A DNA stretch of 64,000 nt from Marispirochaeta sp. (GCA_963676835.2 CAXXFF010000001.1:32001-96000), one strand, 5' to 3'; counted from the first letter of the stretch, positions 51,306-60,084 are shown. Program-made: numbers and translations. The notes: generated by a model not told the origin, from the sequence alone.

Positions 51306-51611
51306 TCAAAACAGGCCCATCTGTTCATAGTGCCTTCGGTTCTTAGGTAATTCATCCATGTCCTCAGACCATCCTTCTTCATGCAGATCATCAACAATGT
51401 GCTGCAGTGCTGCAGCCCTGGACTCTTCGCCAAAGATTTTTACTGCTTCTTCAATACCGGAGAGATGATGCCGTACCTTTCGATGCCGCATTCCATATTC
51501 TTTGGAACCGGCGAATTCATCCAGCCATACATGTATTTCCGTATAGGGTTTGCCGAATTGTTCGATGCTGTGTTTTTCATGGTCAGAGAGCTTAATAATC
51601 AACCTCCACAA
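51306..51611 (-). CDS. His-rich small protein (DUF6915-like); start uncertain
   Basis: H...IH-x-WLD...RHR-x-x-RHH-x-x-GI...QH-x-x-DD pattern; family assignment from memory. Confidence 0.65.
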   Translation of the reverse strand: MWRLIIKLSDHEKHSIEQFGKPYTEIHVWLDEFAGSKEYGMRHRKVRHHLSGIEEAVKIFGEESRAAALQHIVDDLHEEGWSEDMDELPKNRRHYEQMGLF

Positions 51612-51658
51612 AGGTGTGATCCTCTAATACAAATCATTTTTAGTTTATTCACAGGTAT

Positions 51659-51675
51659 ACGACATAAATTGTCGC
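51659..51675. promoter_or_regulatory. candidate WYL-regulator operator 2
   Basis: Perfect CGACA-TAAAT-TGTCG between divergent genes. Confidence 0.65.
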
Positions 51676-51742
51676 GGTCAGGGAATTACTATCTTTTTAT
51701 GAATATTGAATCATTCGAGAAAATGATGGTAGCGTTGCATAT

Positions 51743-52207
51743 ATGAAAACAGTTTTTAAACGAAAAAGACTACCCTACCATGGAGCCGGAGTGTTGATCT
51801 GGCGTGAAGGTAATAATGGTATTCCTGAAATCCTGTTAGGCAAACGATCACAGAATGTCGGACATGGAGCCGGGAAATGGAGTACTTTCGGCGGCAAACA
51901 GGAGCGCCACGAAAGCGTTTACCGGTGCGCTATGCGGGAAGCAGCGGAAGAGACCGGCCTGCAATCTGAGGTTCTATTGGATCAGGAATTCTTTATCTTC
52001 AACCCGCGACCTTTTAAGAAAAGGACTATCCCTTTTGTCTATTCATTTACCTACTACTCCTGCGAAGCTATAAAGGCGCCGAAGGGATGGCCGCGCAAAA
52101 ACCGGGAACACACTGAAATAGGCTGGTTTTCTGTACAGCAACTGCCGGAGCCGCTTCACAGGGAAGCTCGGAGGGTAATAAAACGATGGATAAGAAACAA
52201 CAAATAA
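51743..52207 (+). CDS. NUDIX hydrolase
   Basis: Nudix box GGKQERHESVYRCAMREAAEETGL; EHTEIGWF...LPEPLH. Confidence 0.92.
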   Translation: MKTVFKRKRLPYHGAGVLIWREGNNGIPEILLGKRSQNVGHGAGKWSTFGGKQERHESVYRCAMREAAEETGLQSEVLLDQEFFIFNPRPFKKRTIPFVYSFTYYSCEAIKAPKGWPRKNREHTEIGWFSVQQLPEPLHREARRVIKRWIRNNK

Positions 52208-53139
52208 AAGGCGGCATCCTTGGACTTGCTGTCGGTGATGCCCTGGGGGTACCGGTAGAGTTCAGCAGCAGAGAAGCGCGTGACATGGCCCCGGTTACGA
52301 CCATGCAGGGATGGGGTACTCACAATCAACCGCCGGGGACCTGGTCGGATGATACATCCATGGCACTTTGCGTACTTGAGTCAATTATCGAAAATGAATG
52401 GGACTTTGAGGACCAAGGAGAGCGTTTTACTCGCTGGCTTGATAATGCTCATCTTACTGCGCACGATGAAGTGTTTGATGTCGGGATTGCAACAACCAAA
52501 GCGATAAATCGGCTCCGCACCGGAACGCCGGCGGCTCAGGCCGGAGGCGACAGCGAATATTCCAACGGGAACGGTTCCTTAATGCGGAATCTTCCCGCCG
52601 CCATCTATTGTTCCCTTTCTGTAACAGATGAAGAGCTGGTGACTATGATCGGCGAGTCCTCATCCATTACCCATGCCCATCCCCGCAGCCGACTGGGTTG
52701 TATTATCCATGCTATTATTGTATCAGAGCTGCTTCAGAGCAGGGATATTATGCAGGCTGTCGAACAGTCCCGAAAGCGCCTGGATGTTCTCATAGAGCGT
52801 AATATTCTGATGGATGATCTGAAACAGGAACTTTCGGCATATGGTCGCCTGCTAAATAGCAATATCCATATTCTTGAACGCCATGAGATTTCATCATCAG
52901 GCTACGTTGTCTCCACGCTGGAAGCGGCTGTCTGGTGCCTGGCAACCAGCAGTTCCTTTGAAGAGTGCCTGTTAAAGGCAGTCAATCTGGGAGATGACAC
53001 CGATACCGTAGGAGCCGTTGCCGGGGGGCTTGCCGGGCTCTATTGGGGAATAGAGGGTATTCCGGCAGAATGGCTTGAGGCTTTGGCAAAGGGCGAGATA
53101 ATTTTCTCAATGGTTGAGTGGTTTATCGGGTTGGTTTAG
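52186..53139 (+). CDS. ADP-ribosylglycohydrolase (ARH/DraG family)
   Basis: GLAVGDALGVPVEF, GTWSDDT, NGNGSLMR, THAH, NLGDDTDT. Confidence 0.95.
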   Translation: MDKKQQIKGGILGLAVGDALGVPVEFSSREARDMAPVTTMQGWGTHNQPPGTWSDDTSMALCVLESIIENEWDFEDQGERFTRWLDNAHLTAHDEVFDVGIATTKAINRLRTGTPAAQAGGDSEYSNGNGSLMRNLPAAIYCSLSVTDEELVTMIGESSSITHAHPRSRLGCIIHAIIVSELLQSRDIMQAVEQSRKRLDVLIERNILMDDLKQELSAYGRLLNSNIHILERHEISSSGYVVSTLEAAVWCLATSSSFEECLLKAVNLGDDTDTVGAVAGGLAGLYWGIEGIPAEWLEALAKGEIIFSMVEWFIGLV

Positions 53140-53406
53140 CAGTTTTTCAGGGTTCCCCACCCTTGCGAACAGTCTGTCTGCTAAAGTAATTGCAGGCAGC
53201 TTTCATTCTGCAGACCGGTCCGCAGTTCGGGCGGAAGATTCGTTTGTACTCTTCAACTGTGTAGACACTGAAGTTCACATCAGTAATGTCCCACGAATTA
53301 TACAGCTTCTTATAATTCCCGCCGCTATACACTTTTTTGGCTCTTCGGACTTTCCGGTTTGCCATTTGTTTATGCAGCTTCCTTCCTCTTTGTTTAGGGA
53401 ATTTGA
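52625..53406 (+). repeat. ~780-bp direct repeat, copy 1
   Basis: Matches 56086-56867 at a constant offset of 3461 bp; near-identical except the first ~90 bp. Confidence 0.92.
53147..53406 (-). pseudogene. 5'-truncated copy of the small basic gene at 56608-56943
   Basis: Same frame (...MANRKVRRAKK...) but the upstream part is replaced by the primase fragment. Confidence 0.65.
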
Positions 53407-53965
53407 TGGCTGAAAGTCTTGATTCAGGAATACAGAATGATTTTTCTCCCTGGCTCTTTTCTGCAATGGGAGAGCAATGAGATTCCCGGATCCTCCCTTG
53501 GGGAGGGTATCCTGATTGGGAAAGAAACGGTCGAATGAGTCCAGCCCTATTTCCGGTCGCTGGTCCAGGGATTTCGTTAATAAGGCGGATCCCAGACTCC
53601 GAGCCAGCCGGGCCGAAACGACTTCATCAAAGAAGATCCAGATATGTCCGCCGTTGCCGGATCTCGACCGTTCCAGATAGGCCGGGATTCCTTCTGTCTC
53701 ACAGGTTTTCATAAAAGCCGCTGTATCCTGCTCCCAATTCTCTTTGTCAAAATCCAAAGCCAGGAAATAACAGGTTTCATCCGGTAGAAGCGGATAAATC
53801 CCCATAACAAAGGGCTGAGGTTCCCCTTTTGGATAGGTGGATGGAGATTCTCCTTTCAGATGATAGGATATGATTTCGTTTGTTACGGGCAGAAACTGTC
53901 TATTGGAACAGACGGCACATTTTACTTCCGGTTTTCCACAAAGCCCCGGCTGCCATTCGTTTATA
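53407..53965 (-). pseudogene. fragment of an archaeo-eukaryotic primase domain (TOTE conflict-system type)
   Basis: NEW..GLC.KP.VKC..C, GIYPLL, LALDFD, ERSRSGNGGH, DRFFPNQD, GNLIALPLQ. Both termini appear to be missing. Confidence 0.75.
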
Positions 53966-54004
53966 CGGGGCGTTTTGGCCGGCTTCTTTTCTTCAACATC
54001 ACTT

Positions 54005-54535
54005 CTATTCTTCTTCTGCGTCCTCATAATGTTCATATACAAGACTCGCGATTTCATCATGAAACCCCCAGCCTATGCCTTCGGTTTCATCTATAAAACC
54101 GAAACACTGATCCTTGTATTTCTTCAGCAGGTCATTTTCACTTATATGCACAAGAAACCGTTCCAATGATTTTACAATATTTTCGTAAAACCGTTCATCA
54201 ATGTCTCCGTATTCATTGGTAAAATCTATTCCGCATCTGACATGTGTAAAAAGAAGTTCTGCCATGTAACCGGAATCTTTTGATATTTTATTGAATTTTG
54301 TAATGGCCTCTCGGATATTAGCATACCGAAGCTTACCTAATCCCTTTTCAGGGAAGAATTCATCGATAATCTGCTTTTTGTATTTCTGAAAGATAATATC
54401 AGGATTTGTATAACCGTAGCTCTCATCAAGAATTTCTTTGGCAAGTGGGACTTTTCTGTATAAATCTATGATTATTGCCATCAATTCGTTTTTTTGCATG
54501 GAGTTTATTTCTTTCTTTAATTCTCTTATTCCCAT
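54005..54535 (-). CDS. hypothetical helical protein (DUF6155-like)
   Basis: FTNEYGDIDERFY...GIGWGF pattern; family assignment from memory. Confidence 0.65.
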   Translation of the reverse strand: MGIRELKKEINSMQKNELMAIIIDLYRKVPLAKEILDESYGYTNPDIIFQKYKKQIIDEFFPEKGLGKLRYANIREAITKFNKISKDSGYMAELLFTHVRCGIDFTNEYGDIDERFYENIVKSLERFLVHISENDLLKKYKDQCFGFIDETEGIGWGFHDEIASLVYEHYEDAEEE

Positions 54536-54536
54536 T

Positions 54537-55592
54537 TTATTCCTTTTCAGCCTTCTTTTTTTCTATCATCTTTTTGATTTCCTTATCGAAATCAGATTCG
54601 ATCTTCTGGATTTTATTAAATTCATCATACTCGGAATAGGCTTTTTTCTCAGCAATTCTGTGAGAAACAGATCCTTTCCCTTCAAGAATCCTGTACTCAT
54701 TAAAATCAAGGAATTTGTTCACTGATTCTGTTAAAGATTCCATGGTAAAAGTAGTTCTGTTTTCGATAAGCCGTTCAATATAATCAAAATAACCGGTTAT
54801 AGCCCGTTCCAGCTTTTTAATCTCATCTTCTTTAAGGTAATTCTTTGCAACAACTGTGTCAGATTTGAGGATACGCCCGTCAGGAGCATTCTTCCATGTT
54901 GTCATTCCCATAAAAGGCTTGTCTTTATCGGCTTTAGAATGCACAATTTCTGCAGATGTCTGGCCAGTAATTGCGAAATGAAATTTATTCTGGATCATTG
55001 CATAGAATGATTTAGTAATATCCGATTTCGGGTCATAGTCAATGGTACATTCAGCAAAAATATCAGTAATCTGCTGATATATTCGCCTTTCACTGCTGCG
55101 AATTGAGCGGACTCTTTCAAGTAACTCTTGGAAATAATCCTGACCAAAGAAACGGCCGTTCTTTAGCCGTTCATCATCCATAACAAAACCTTTGATAATA
55201 TATTCCTTTAGGGTGTTAGTCGCCCAAATACGGAATTGTGTGGCTTGTCGAGAATTTACTCTATAACCCACAGAAAGCACAGCATCAAGATTAAAGTATT
55301 TGACTAGTTTTTTTTGAGTTTTACCCTCTATTGCACCATGCTGAGTGGTATTTTCCAAAATGGAAACAACCACTTTTTCATCAAGTTCCCCACTTTCAAA
55401 AATGTTCTTCAGGTGTTTAGATATAGCGGCTATACCAACTCCGAACAGTTCGGCCATTCGCTTTTGAGTCAACCAGATCGTCTCATTATTGAGAAAGACT
55501 TCTACCTTTACATTTCCGTCGTCAGCGGTATATAACAGGAATTCAGTAAGTTCGTCTCTTGTAGAGAGTGGCTTTTTTCGTTCTTTACCCAT
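54537..55592 (-). CDS. RhuM family protein
   Basis: TIWLTQK.MAELF, SVGYRVNS, TQFRIWAT, KGFVMDDERLK, IRSSERR.YQ, QNKFHFA, AKNYL. Confidence 0.92.
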   Translation of the reverse strand: MGKERKKPLSTRDELTEFLLYTADDGNVKVEVFLNNETIWLTQKRMAELFGVGIAAISKHLKNIFESGELDEKVVVSILENTTQHGAIEGKTQKKLVKYFNLDAVLSVGYRVNSRQATQFRIWATNTLKEYIIKGFVMDDERLKNGRFFGQDYFQELLERVRSIRSSERRIYQQITDIFAECTIDYDPKSDITKSFYAMIQNKFHFAITGQTSAEIVHSKADKDKPFMGMTTWKNAPDGRILKSDTVVAKNYLKEDEIKKLERAITGYFDYIERLIENRTTFTMESLTESVNKFLDFNEYRILEGKGSVSHRIAEKKAYSEYDEFNKIQKIESDFDKEIKKMIEKKKAEKE

Positions 55593-55861
55593 CAGATACA
55601 ACCTCCTGAACAGGATCCTATGGTGATGTTATTATGTTGAACTGTTTCCATTTTAGAAATAGTTGCTTCCCGGTTGAGTTGCCCCTCTTCGAATATGTTT
55701 TTCAAGTGCTTTGATATTGCGGAAACATTAACCCCGAAAAGTTCAGCCATTGCATTCTGGTGGTGCCAGATAGTTTCATTTTGTAAGATAGTATCGACTT
55801 TGTTGTCGCCTTCCGGGGTGGTGTACAGGAGTATTTGGGATTGGGTGGAATGTTCCTTCAT
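55592..55861 (-). pseudogene. N-terminal fragment of a second RhuM-like gene
   Basis: ILLYTT...ETIW..Q.AMAELFGV..SAISKHLKNIFEEG.L; similarity ends after ~75 aa. Confidence 0.8.
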
Positions 55862-56085
55862 GGATTCTTTTCCTATTGCCCTTCACTTTCCTTAATCACT
55901 TTGCTTAGCACGGCACGGACTTGGTGCGATTCGATAAGCACCAATGGATTCCTGGGCGCGGGGATTGTAAGACTGTATTTGTTTATTTATATCATATATT
56001 TAACCAGATAGACACGGAGTTGCCTATAATGTTCCGCGAATATACGAGGTTGGCAGAAGGCAAATTTGGTTAAAGTAAAGCAGAT

Positions 56086-56867
56086 CGGATGACAATCTGG
56101 CAACGATGATCAGCGAGACTTCATCCATTATTCACGGCCAGCCCCGCAGCCGGATGGGTTGTATTATCCATTCTTTTATTGTATCAGAACTGCTTCAGAG
56201 CAGGGATATTATGCAGGCTGTCGAGCAGTCCCGAAAGCGCCTGGATGTTCTCAAAGAGCGTAATATTCTGATGAATGATCTGCAACAGGAACTTTCGGCA
56301 TATGGTCGCCTGCTAAATAGCAATATCGATATTCTTGAACGCCATGAGATTTCATCATCAGGCTACGTTGTCTCCACACTGGAAGCGGCTGTCTGGTGCC
56401 TTGCTACCAGCGGTTCCTTTGAAGAATGCCTGTTAAAGGCAGTCAATCTGGGAGATGACACCGATACCGTAGGAGCCGTTGCCGGGGGGCTTGCCGGGCT
56501 CTATTGGGGAATAGAGGGTATTCCGGCAGAATGGCTTGAGGCTTTGGCTAAGGGCGAGATGATTTTCTCAATGGTTGAGAGGTTTATCGGGTTGGTTTAG
56601 CAGTTTTTCAGGGTTCCCCACCCTTGCGAACAGTCTGTCTGCTAAAGTAATTGCAGGCAGCTTTCATTCTGCAGACCGGGCCGCAATTCGGGCGGAAGAT
56701 TCGTTTGTACTCTTCAACGGTGTAGACACAGAAGTTCACATCAGTAATGTCCCACGAATTATACAGCTTCTTATAATTCCCGCCGCTATAACCTTTTTTG
56801 GCTCTTCGGACTTTCCGGTTTGCCATTTGTTTTTGCAGCTTCCTTCCTCTTTGTTTAGGGAATTTGA
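56086..56867 (+). repeat. ~780-bp direct repeat, copy 2
   Basis: Matches 52625-53406. Confidence 0.92.
56106..56600 (+). pseudogene. 5'-truncated ADP-ribosylglycohydrolase
   Basis: C-terminal half only; lacks the GDALG and SDDT motifs. Confidence 0.88.
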
Positions 56868-56943
56868 CAGATGGGTATTTTTTCCAGGTCTTGCTGTTTT
56901 TTCTAACTCCGTATCAGGTTGTTAGAAACAGGGCATATTTCAT
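56608..56943 (-). pseudogene. small basic protein gene with in-frame TGA at codon 10 (or a leader peptide plus gene)
   Basis: AAAGGAGG RBS and ATG at 56943: MKYALFLTT*YGVRKNSKTWKKYP...ANRKVRR...YKKLYNSWDI. Confidence 0.55.
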
Positions 56944-56997
56944 GCAGGACCTCCTTTGTGGGTTTGTTTGCTATGATTGGATGGTAGCATTTTTAGG

Positions 56998-57014
56998 GCG
57001 TCATGGGATGTCGC
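56998..57014. promoter_or_regulatory. candidate WYL-regulator operator 3
   Basis: CGTCA-TGGGA-TGTCG about 55 bp upstream of the ATG at 56943. Confidence 0.6.
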
Positions 57015-57262
57015 TGGTTATGAATGAATTCTCTATAGTGGTACGGTTTATAGGACTATGTCGCAGGTATGAAGTATTCCTGATAGATATTCTTGTACCA
57101 ATACGAGGCATAACTTGATACCCACTTATATCAAGTAAATAGAAAAAATAGGCGAAAACACCTAAAGTGCGTCACACCTTGCCATCAACACAAAACTACA
57201 CCACATATAGTGCCTACACCCAGAATAGCCCAATGATGCGCAAATGGGCGAAAACACAGTAT

Positions 57263-57840
57263 CTATTCGCTAGATACACTCCAAAACGGAACATACGATG
57301 TATCCCTTCTTGATTCGGATAAGCTAGAGTTGATTATCAGTCCAGCTCCAACCGTAGAGTTAATCACCCTGGTCACGATCGATCCTTTATCTTCTGGTAG
57401 TCCAAACCGCTCTCGTAAGCTTTTATTTGTCATCTTCTCTCTATTCACAAACTGTAGACATGCATGAAGGTAACAAGCCCGGATGCGGTCATCTTTGTTC
57501 ATTTCATCAAAATCTAAAGGCGCAAACAAGGTTGCCTTTGTAAAACCATTCGGGATTTCAAATAATGGTGCTGGTAACTGGAAAAGCTCCGTTTGGTAAA
57601 CAACCTTATCTATTCCACTTCCGCGCTCTTCACAAATCCCGAAACGCCTCATCAAGGAGGCCAACTTCTCGTTTCGTGATTTAGGCGGACTATCAAGAAA
57701 TCGTTGAGTCTCTATCAAGGGACTACCAGGATTGGTTATCTCAATACGATCATCAAATATTTCGATCATAGGTCCTGTCCCATGCTCAAAGAAATCTTGA
57801 TGAATAACAGCATTTGCAATCAATTCTCTCACTGCCAATT
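57263..57840 (-). pseudogene. C-terminal part of an ATP-binding/HTH protein (HATPase_c_4 / RecG-C-like), truncated by IS
   Basis: AVRELIANAVIHQD, DRIEITNPG, RNEKLA, CEERGSGIDK; the frame is cut at the IS left end. Confidence 0.85.
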
Positions 57841-57897
57841 TGGAATTCCCCCAAAATTGTCGACACCTGTTATGCTTAGAATCTAAGGAGAAATCAG

Positions 57898-58185
57898 GTG
57901 TCTAAGAGTCCATATTCGGAAGAATTTAAGGCAGAAACTATCAAGCAAATCATGGAAGAAGGCGTTGGCGTTTTGGCTGTTGCCAAGGCAACCGGTGTTA
58001 GCGACGTCACCTTATACAAGTGGCTCAAAGTTGCCGGGTGGAAATCAGGCGAGTCAAAAGACAAAAAGAAAATTACTGAAGCTGACCAGGAAATAAAGGC
58101 GCTTAAGGCAGAGCTTAAGCAGGTCAAAATGGAGCGTGACATCCTAAAAAAGGCCGCAGCGTACTTTGCCGGGGAGTCCCTGTAA
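57898..58185 (+). CDS. IS3 transposase OrfA
   Basis: YSEEFK...HTH...ERDILKKAAAYF; A6G slippery site at 58146-58152. Confidence 0.92.
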   Translation: MSKSPYSEEFKAETIKQIMEEGVGVLAVAKATGVSDVTLYKWLKVAGWKSGESKDKKKITEADQEIKALKAELKQVKMERDILKKAAAYFAGESL

Positions 58186-58223
58186 AGTACGCATTTATCA
58201 AAGAACATCGTAGCACTTACCCG

Positions 58224-59042
58224 GTGCGACAGATGTGCAGGGCCATGAAAGTCCATCCATCAGGCTTCTATCGGTGGATTAAGAACCCAGAATCCAAACG
58301 AGCCATCCAAAACCGGGTAATAACCCAAGAGATCCGCCATTATTGGGAAGAAAGTGGAGGCACTTACGGAAGTCCCAATATTCATCAGGATTTCAAGGAG
58401 GCTGGCTATTCTTACAGTGTTAACCGTATTGCGCGACTTATGAAAGAAGCAGGTATACAGGGTGCTCACCGCCGCAAAAAGCATCCTTACATTCCTCCAG
58501 AAGGACCTGTACACAGTCTTAATCAGCTCAATCGTGAGTTCACTGTTAGCGATCCTAATCGTGTCTGGTGTATCGACATAACATATATTCGAACCTGTGA
58601 GGGCTGGCTGTACCTGGCAGTTGTCATAGATCTGTTCAGCAGGCGAATAGTTGGATGGTCTATGAAGAGTAACCAGAAAACAGCCTTGGTCATGGATGCT
58701 TTGTTTATGGCAGTCAAACGAAGACGGCCAAAACAGACAGTTCTAATTCACTCCGATCAAGGTACCCAGTTCACCAGCTATGAATGGGATAGCTTCTGTG
58801 AGTTCCACAATTTGGATCCGAGTATGAGTCGAAGAGGCAATTGCTGGGATAATGCCGTTGTTGAATCCTTCTTCTCCAGCTTGAAAAAAGAACGGGTAAA
58901 GAAAAAAATCTACAAAAACAGGGAGGTAGCACGCAAAGATATTTTCAATTACATAGAGTTATTTTACAATCCTAAAAGGCGGCATAGCCATTTGGACCGT
59001 CGAAGTCCGGCTCAATTCGAAGCTATGTATTTAACCCCGTAA
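58224..59042 (+). CDS. IS3 transposase OrfB (DDE); likely joined to OrfA by -1 frameshift
   Basis: WCIDITY, HSDQG and NAVVESFF catalytic motifs. Confidence 0.93.
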   Translation: MRQMCRAMKVHPSGFYRWIKNPESKRAIQNRVITQEIRHYWEESGGTYGSPNIHQDFKEAGYSYSVNRIARLMKEAGIQGAHRRKKHPYIPPEGPVHSLNQLNREFTVSDPNRVWCIDITYIRTCEGWLYLAVVIDLFSRRIVGWSMKSNQKTALVMDALFMAVKRRRPKQTVLIHSDQGTQFTSYEWDSFCEFHNLDPSMSRRGNCWDNAVVESFFSSLKKERVKKKIYKNREVARKDIFNYIELFYNPKRRHSHLDRRSPAQFEAMYLTP

Positions 59043-59103
59043 AGTGTCGACAGAATCGGGGGAATTCCATGCCGCATATTCGACATATGTTTAAACCAGA
59101 GCA

Positions 59104-59256
59104 TTACATGTCTCTCGTATAACGATTCTGTTCACCATTTCGGCAAACATTGCAAAGCCGCAGTTTGTCGTCCTTGCCGTCTTTGATACGAATAACAACC
59201 GCCCGACATTCCGGATTTGAGCAAATATACTTAATCAGATTCGGGTTATTTTTCAT
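59104..59256 (-). CDS. 50-aa zinc-ribbon protein (below the ORF-track cutoff)
   Basis: MKNNPNLIKYICSNPECRAVVIRIKDGKDDKLRLCNVCRNGEQNRYTRDM*; overlaps the end of the upstream ORF. Confidence 0.6.
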   Translation of the reverse strand: MKNNPNLIKYICSNPECRAVVIRIKDGKDDKLRLCNVCRNGEQNRYTRDM

Positions 59257-59473
59257 GAGCCGGAATCCTCAATATGCCGGAGTCTATTAACTCCTGTAGT
59301 CGCTCTGCATCTGATAGCAATCGCTCCCGTTGGGAACGCTTATCTCTGCCCTCTTTTCGAGTGACCCATTCTTCAAATGCAATAAGCCCGAAAGCTGAGC
59401 GTAATTTTTCAGACGGAATATACCGTGCTGCCCTGTTCCATAGTTCGTCCGGTACCTGGAATTGAATTATCAA
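59246..59473 (-). CDS. small hypothetical protein, possibly ribbon-helix-helix
   Basis: TTG start after GGGAGG; IQFQVPDELW strand-helix pattern. Confidence 0.55.
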   Translation of the reverse strand: MIIQFQVPDELWNRAARYIPSEKLRSAFGLIAFEEWVTRKEGRDKRSQRERLLSDAERLQELIDSGILRIPAHEK

Positions 59474-59610
59474 AACGTCCTCCCTATCCGTTTTTTCGTA
59501 CTGCTTACCGGTACTTATTCGCTTTTCCTGTTTTCATTACAGGCCTGTACCGGATTACTTGCACACAGGGCTTATTGTTTGCCTGTCGTGCCTGTATTCT
59601 TCAATTTCTT

Positions 59611-60084
59611 CTATTGTTCCGGATTATTCTTCTTTTTCTTATGCGCACCTCCTTTCTCCCATCCGTATTTTAATGGGTTTTCCAAGATCCAAAGGTGACG
59701 CATGTTTGCAACATTCACGACATCACAATTCTTTGGATAGACTTCTATTGCATACTTATCACCACGACCCACCTGATCTTTAATTTGCTGAAGTTGTTCC
59801 CAGGTTAGCCGGTCAATATATTCAAGTTGAGTATTATATTCGGTACGACATATAGAGAGACGCTCAACATTCTCAGGTTCTTCGAAAACCTGTACTATAT
59901 ATTTTCTCGAATGCCAGACTTCTTTAAGGACTCGAGGTCCTTTCTTCCTCATAGCATCAGGCCATTCAGGTTTTGGTATTAAAGAAAGATTGTGTGGCCG
60001 AAGAGTATTTTCTCTACTGACAGCTTTCTTGTATTGTCTCCGTTGTTCACGGTTCATATTCTTTATGTTTGTTTTATTCTTCAT
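59611..60084 (-). CDS. phage-type hypothetical protein
   Basis: RLSI...TWEQLQQIK...AIEVYP....VN....RHLW pattern; start uncertain. Confidence 0.65.
   Translation of the reverse strand: MKNKTNIKNMNREQRRQYKKAVSRENTLRPHNLSLIPKPEWPDAMRKKGPRVLKEVWHSRKYIVQVFEEPENVERLSICRTEYNTQLEYIDRLTWEQLQQIKDQVGRGDKYAIEVYPKNCDVVNVANMRHLWILENPLKYGWEKGGAHKKKKNNPEQ

Larger units (their letters stand above)
57841..59069 (+). mobile_element. IS3-family insertion sequence (1229 bp)
   Basis: 5'-TG...CA-3' ends; 26-bp IRs TGGAATTCCCCC-N5-TGTCGACAC with 22/26 matches; orfA and orfB present. Confidence 0.95.

Noticed and set aside
56020..56076. Possible integron attC remnant
   Set aside because: No proper RYYYAAC/GTTRRRY pair or extended hairpin, too short, and no integron integrase.
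56914..56916. Selenocysteine recoding of the in-frame TGA
   Set aside because: No evident SECIS-like hairpin downstream and no redox-motif context.
57049..57185. Further WYL-box-like sequences (TGTCGC at 57059; CGTCA-CACCT-TGCCA near 57170)
   Set aside because: Half-site only or poor second arm; not counted as operators.
57198..57213. NrdR-box-like sequence ACACCACATATAGTGC
   Set aside because: Single imperfect copy with no ribonucleotide reductase or other evident target nearby.
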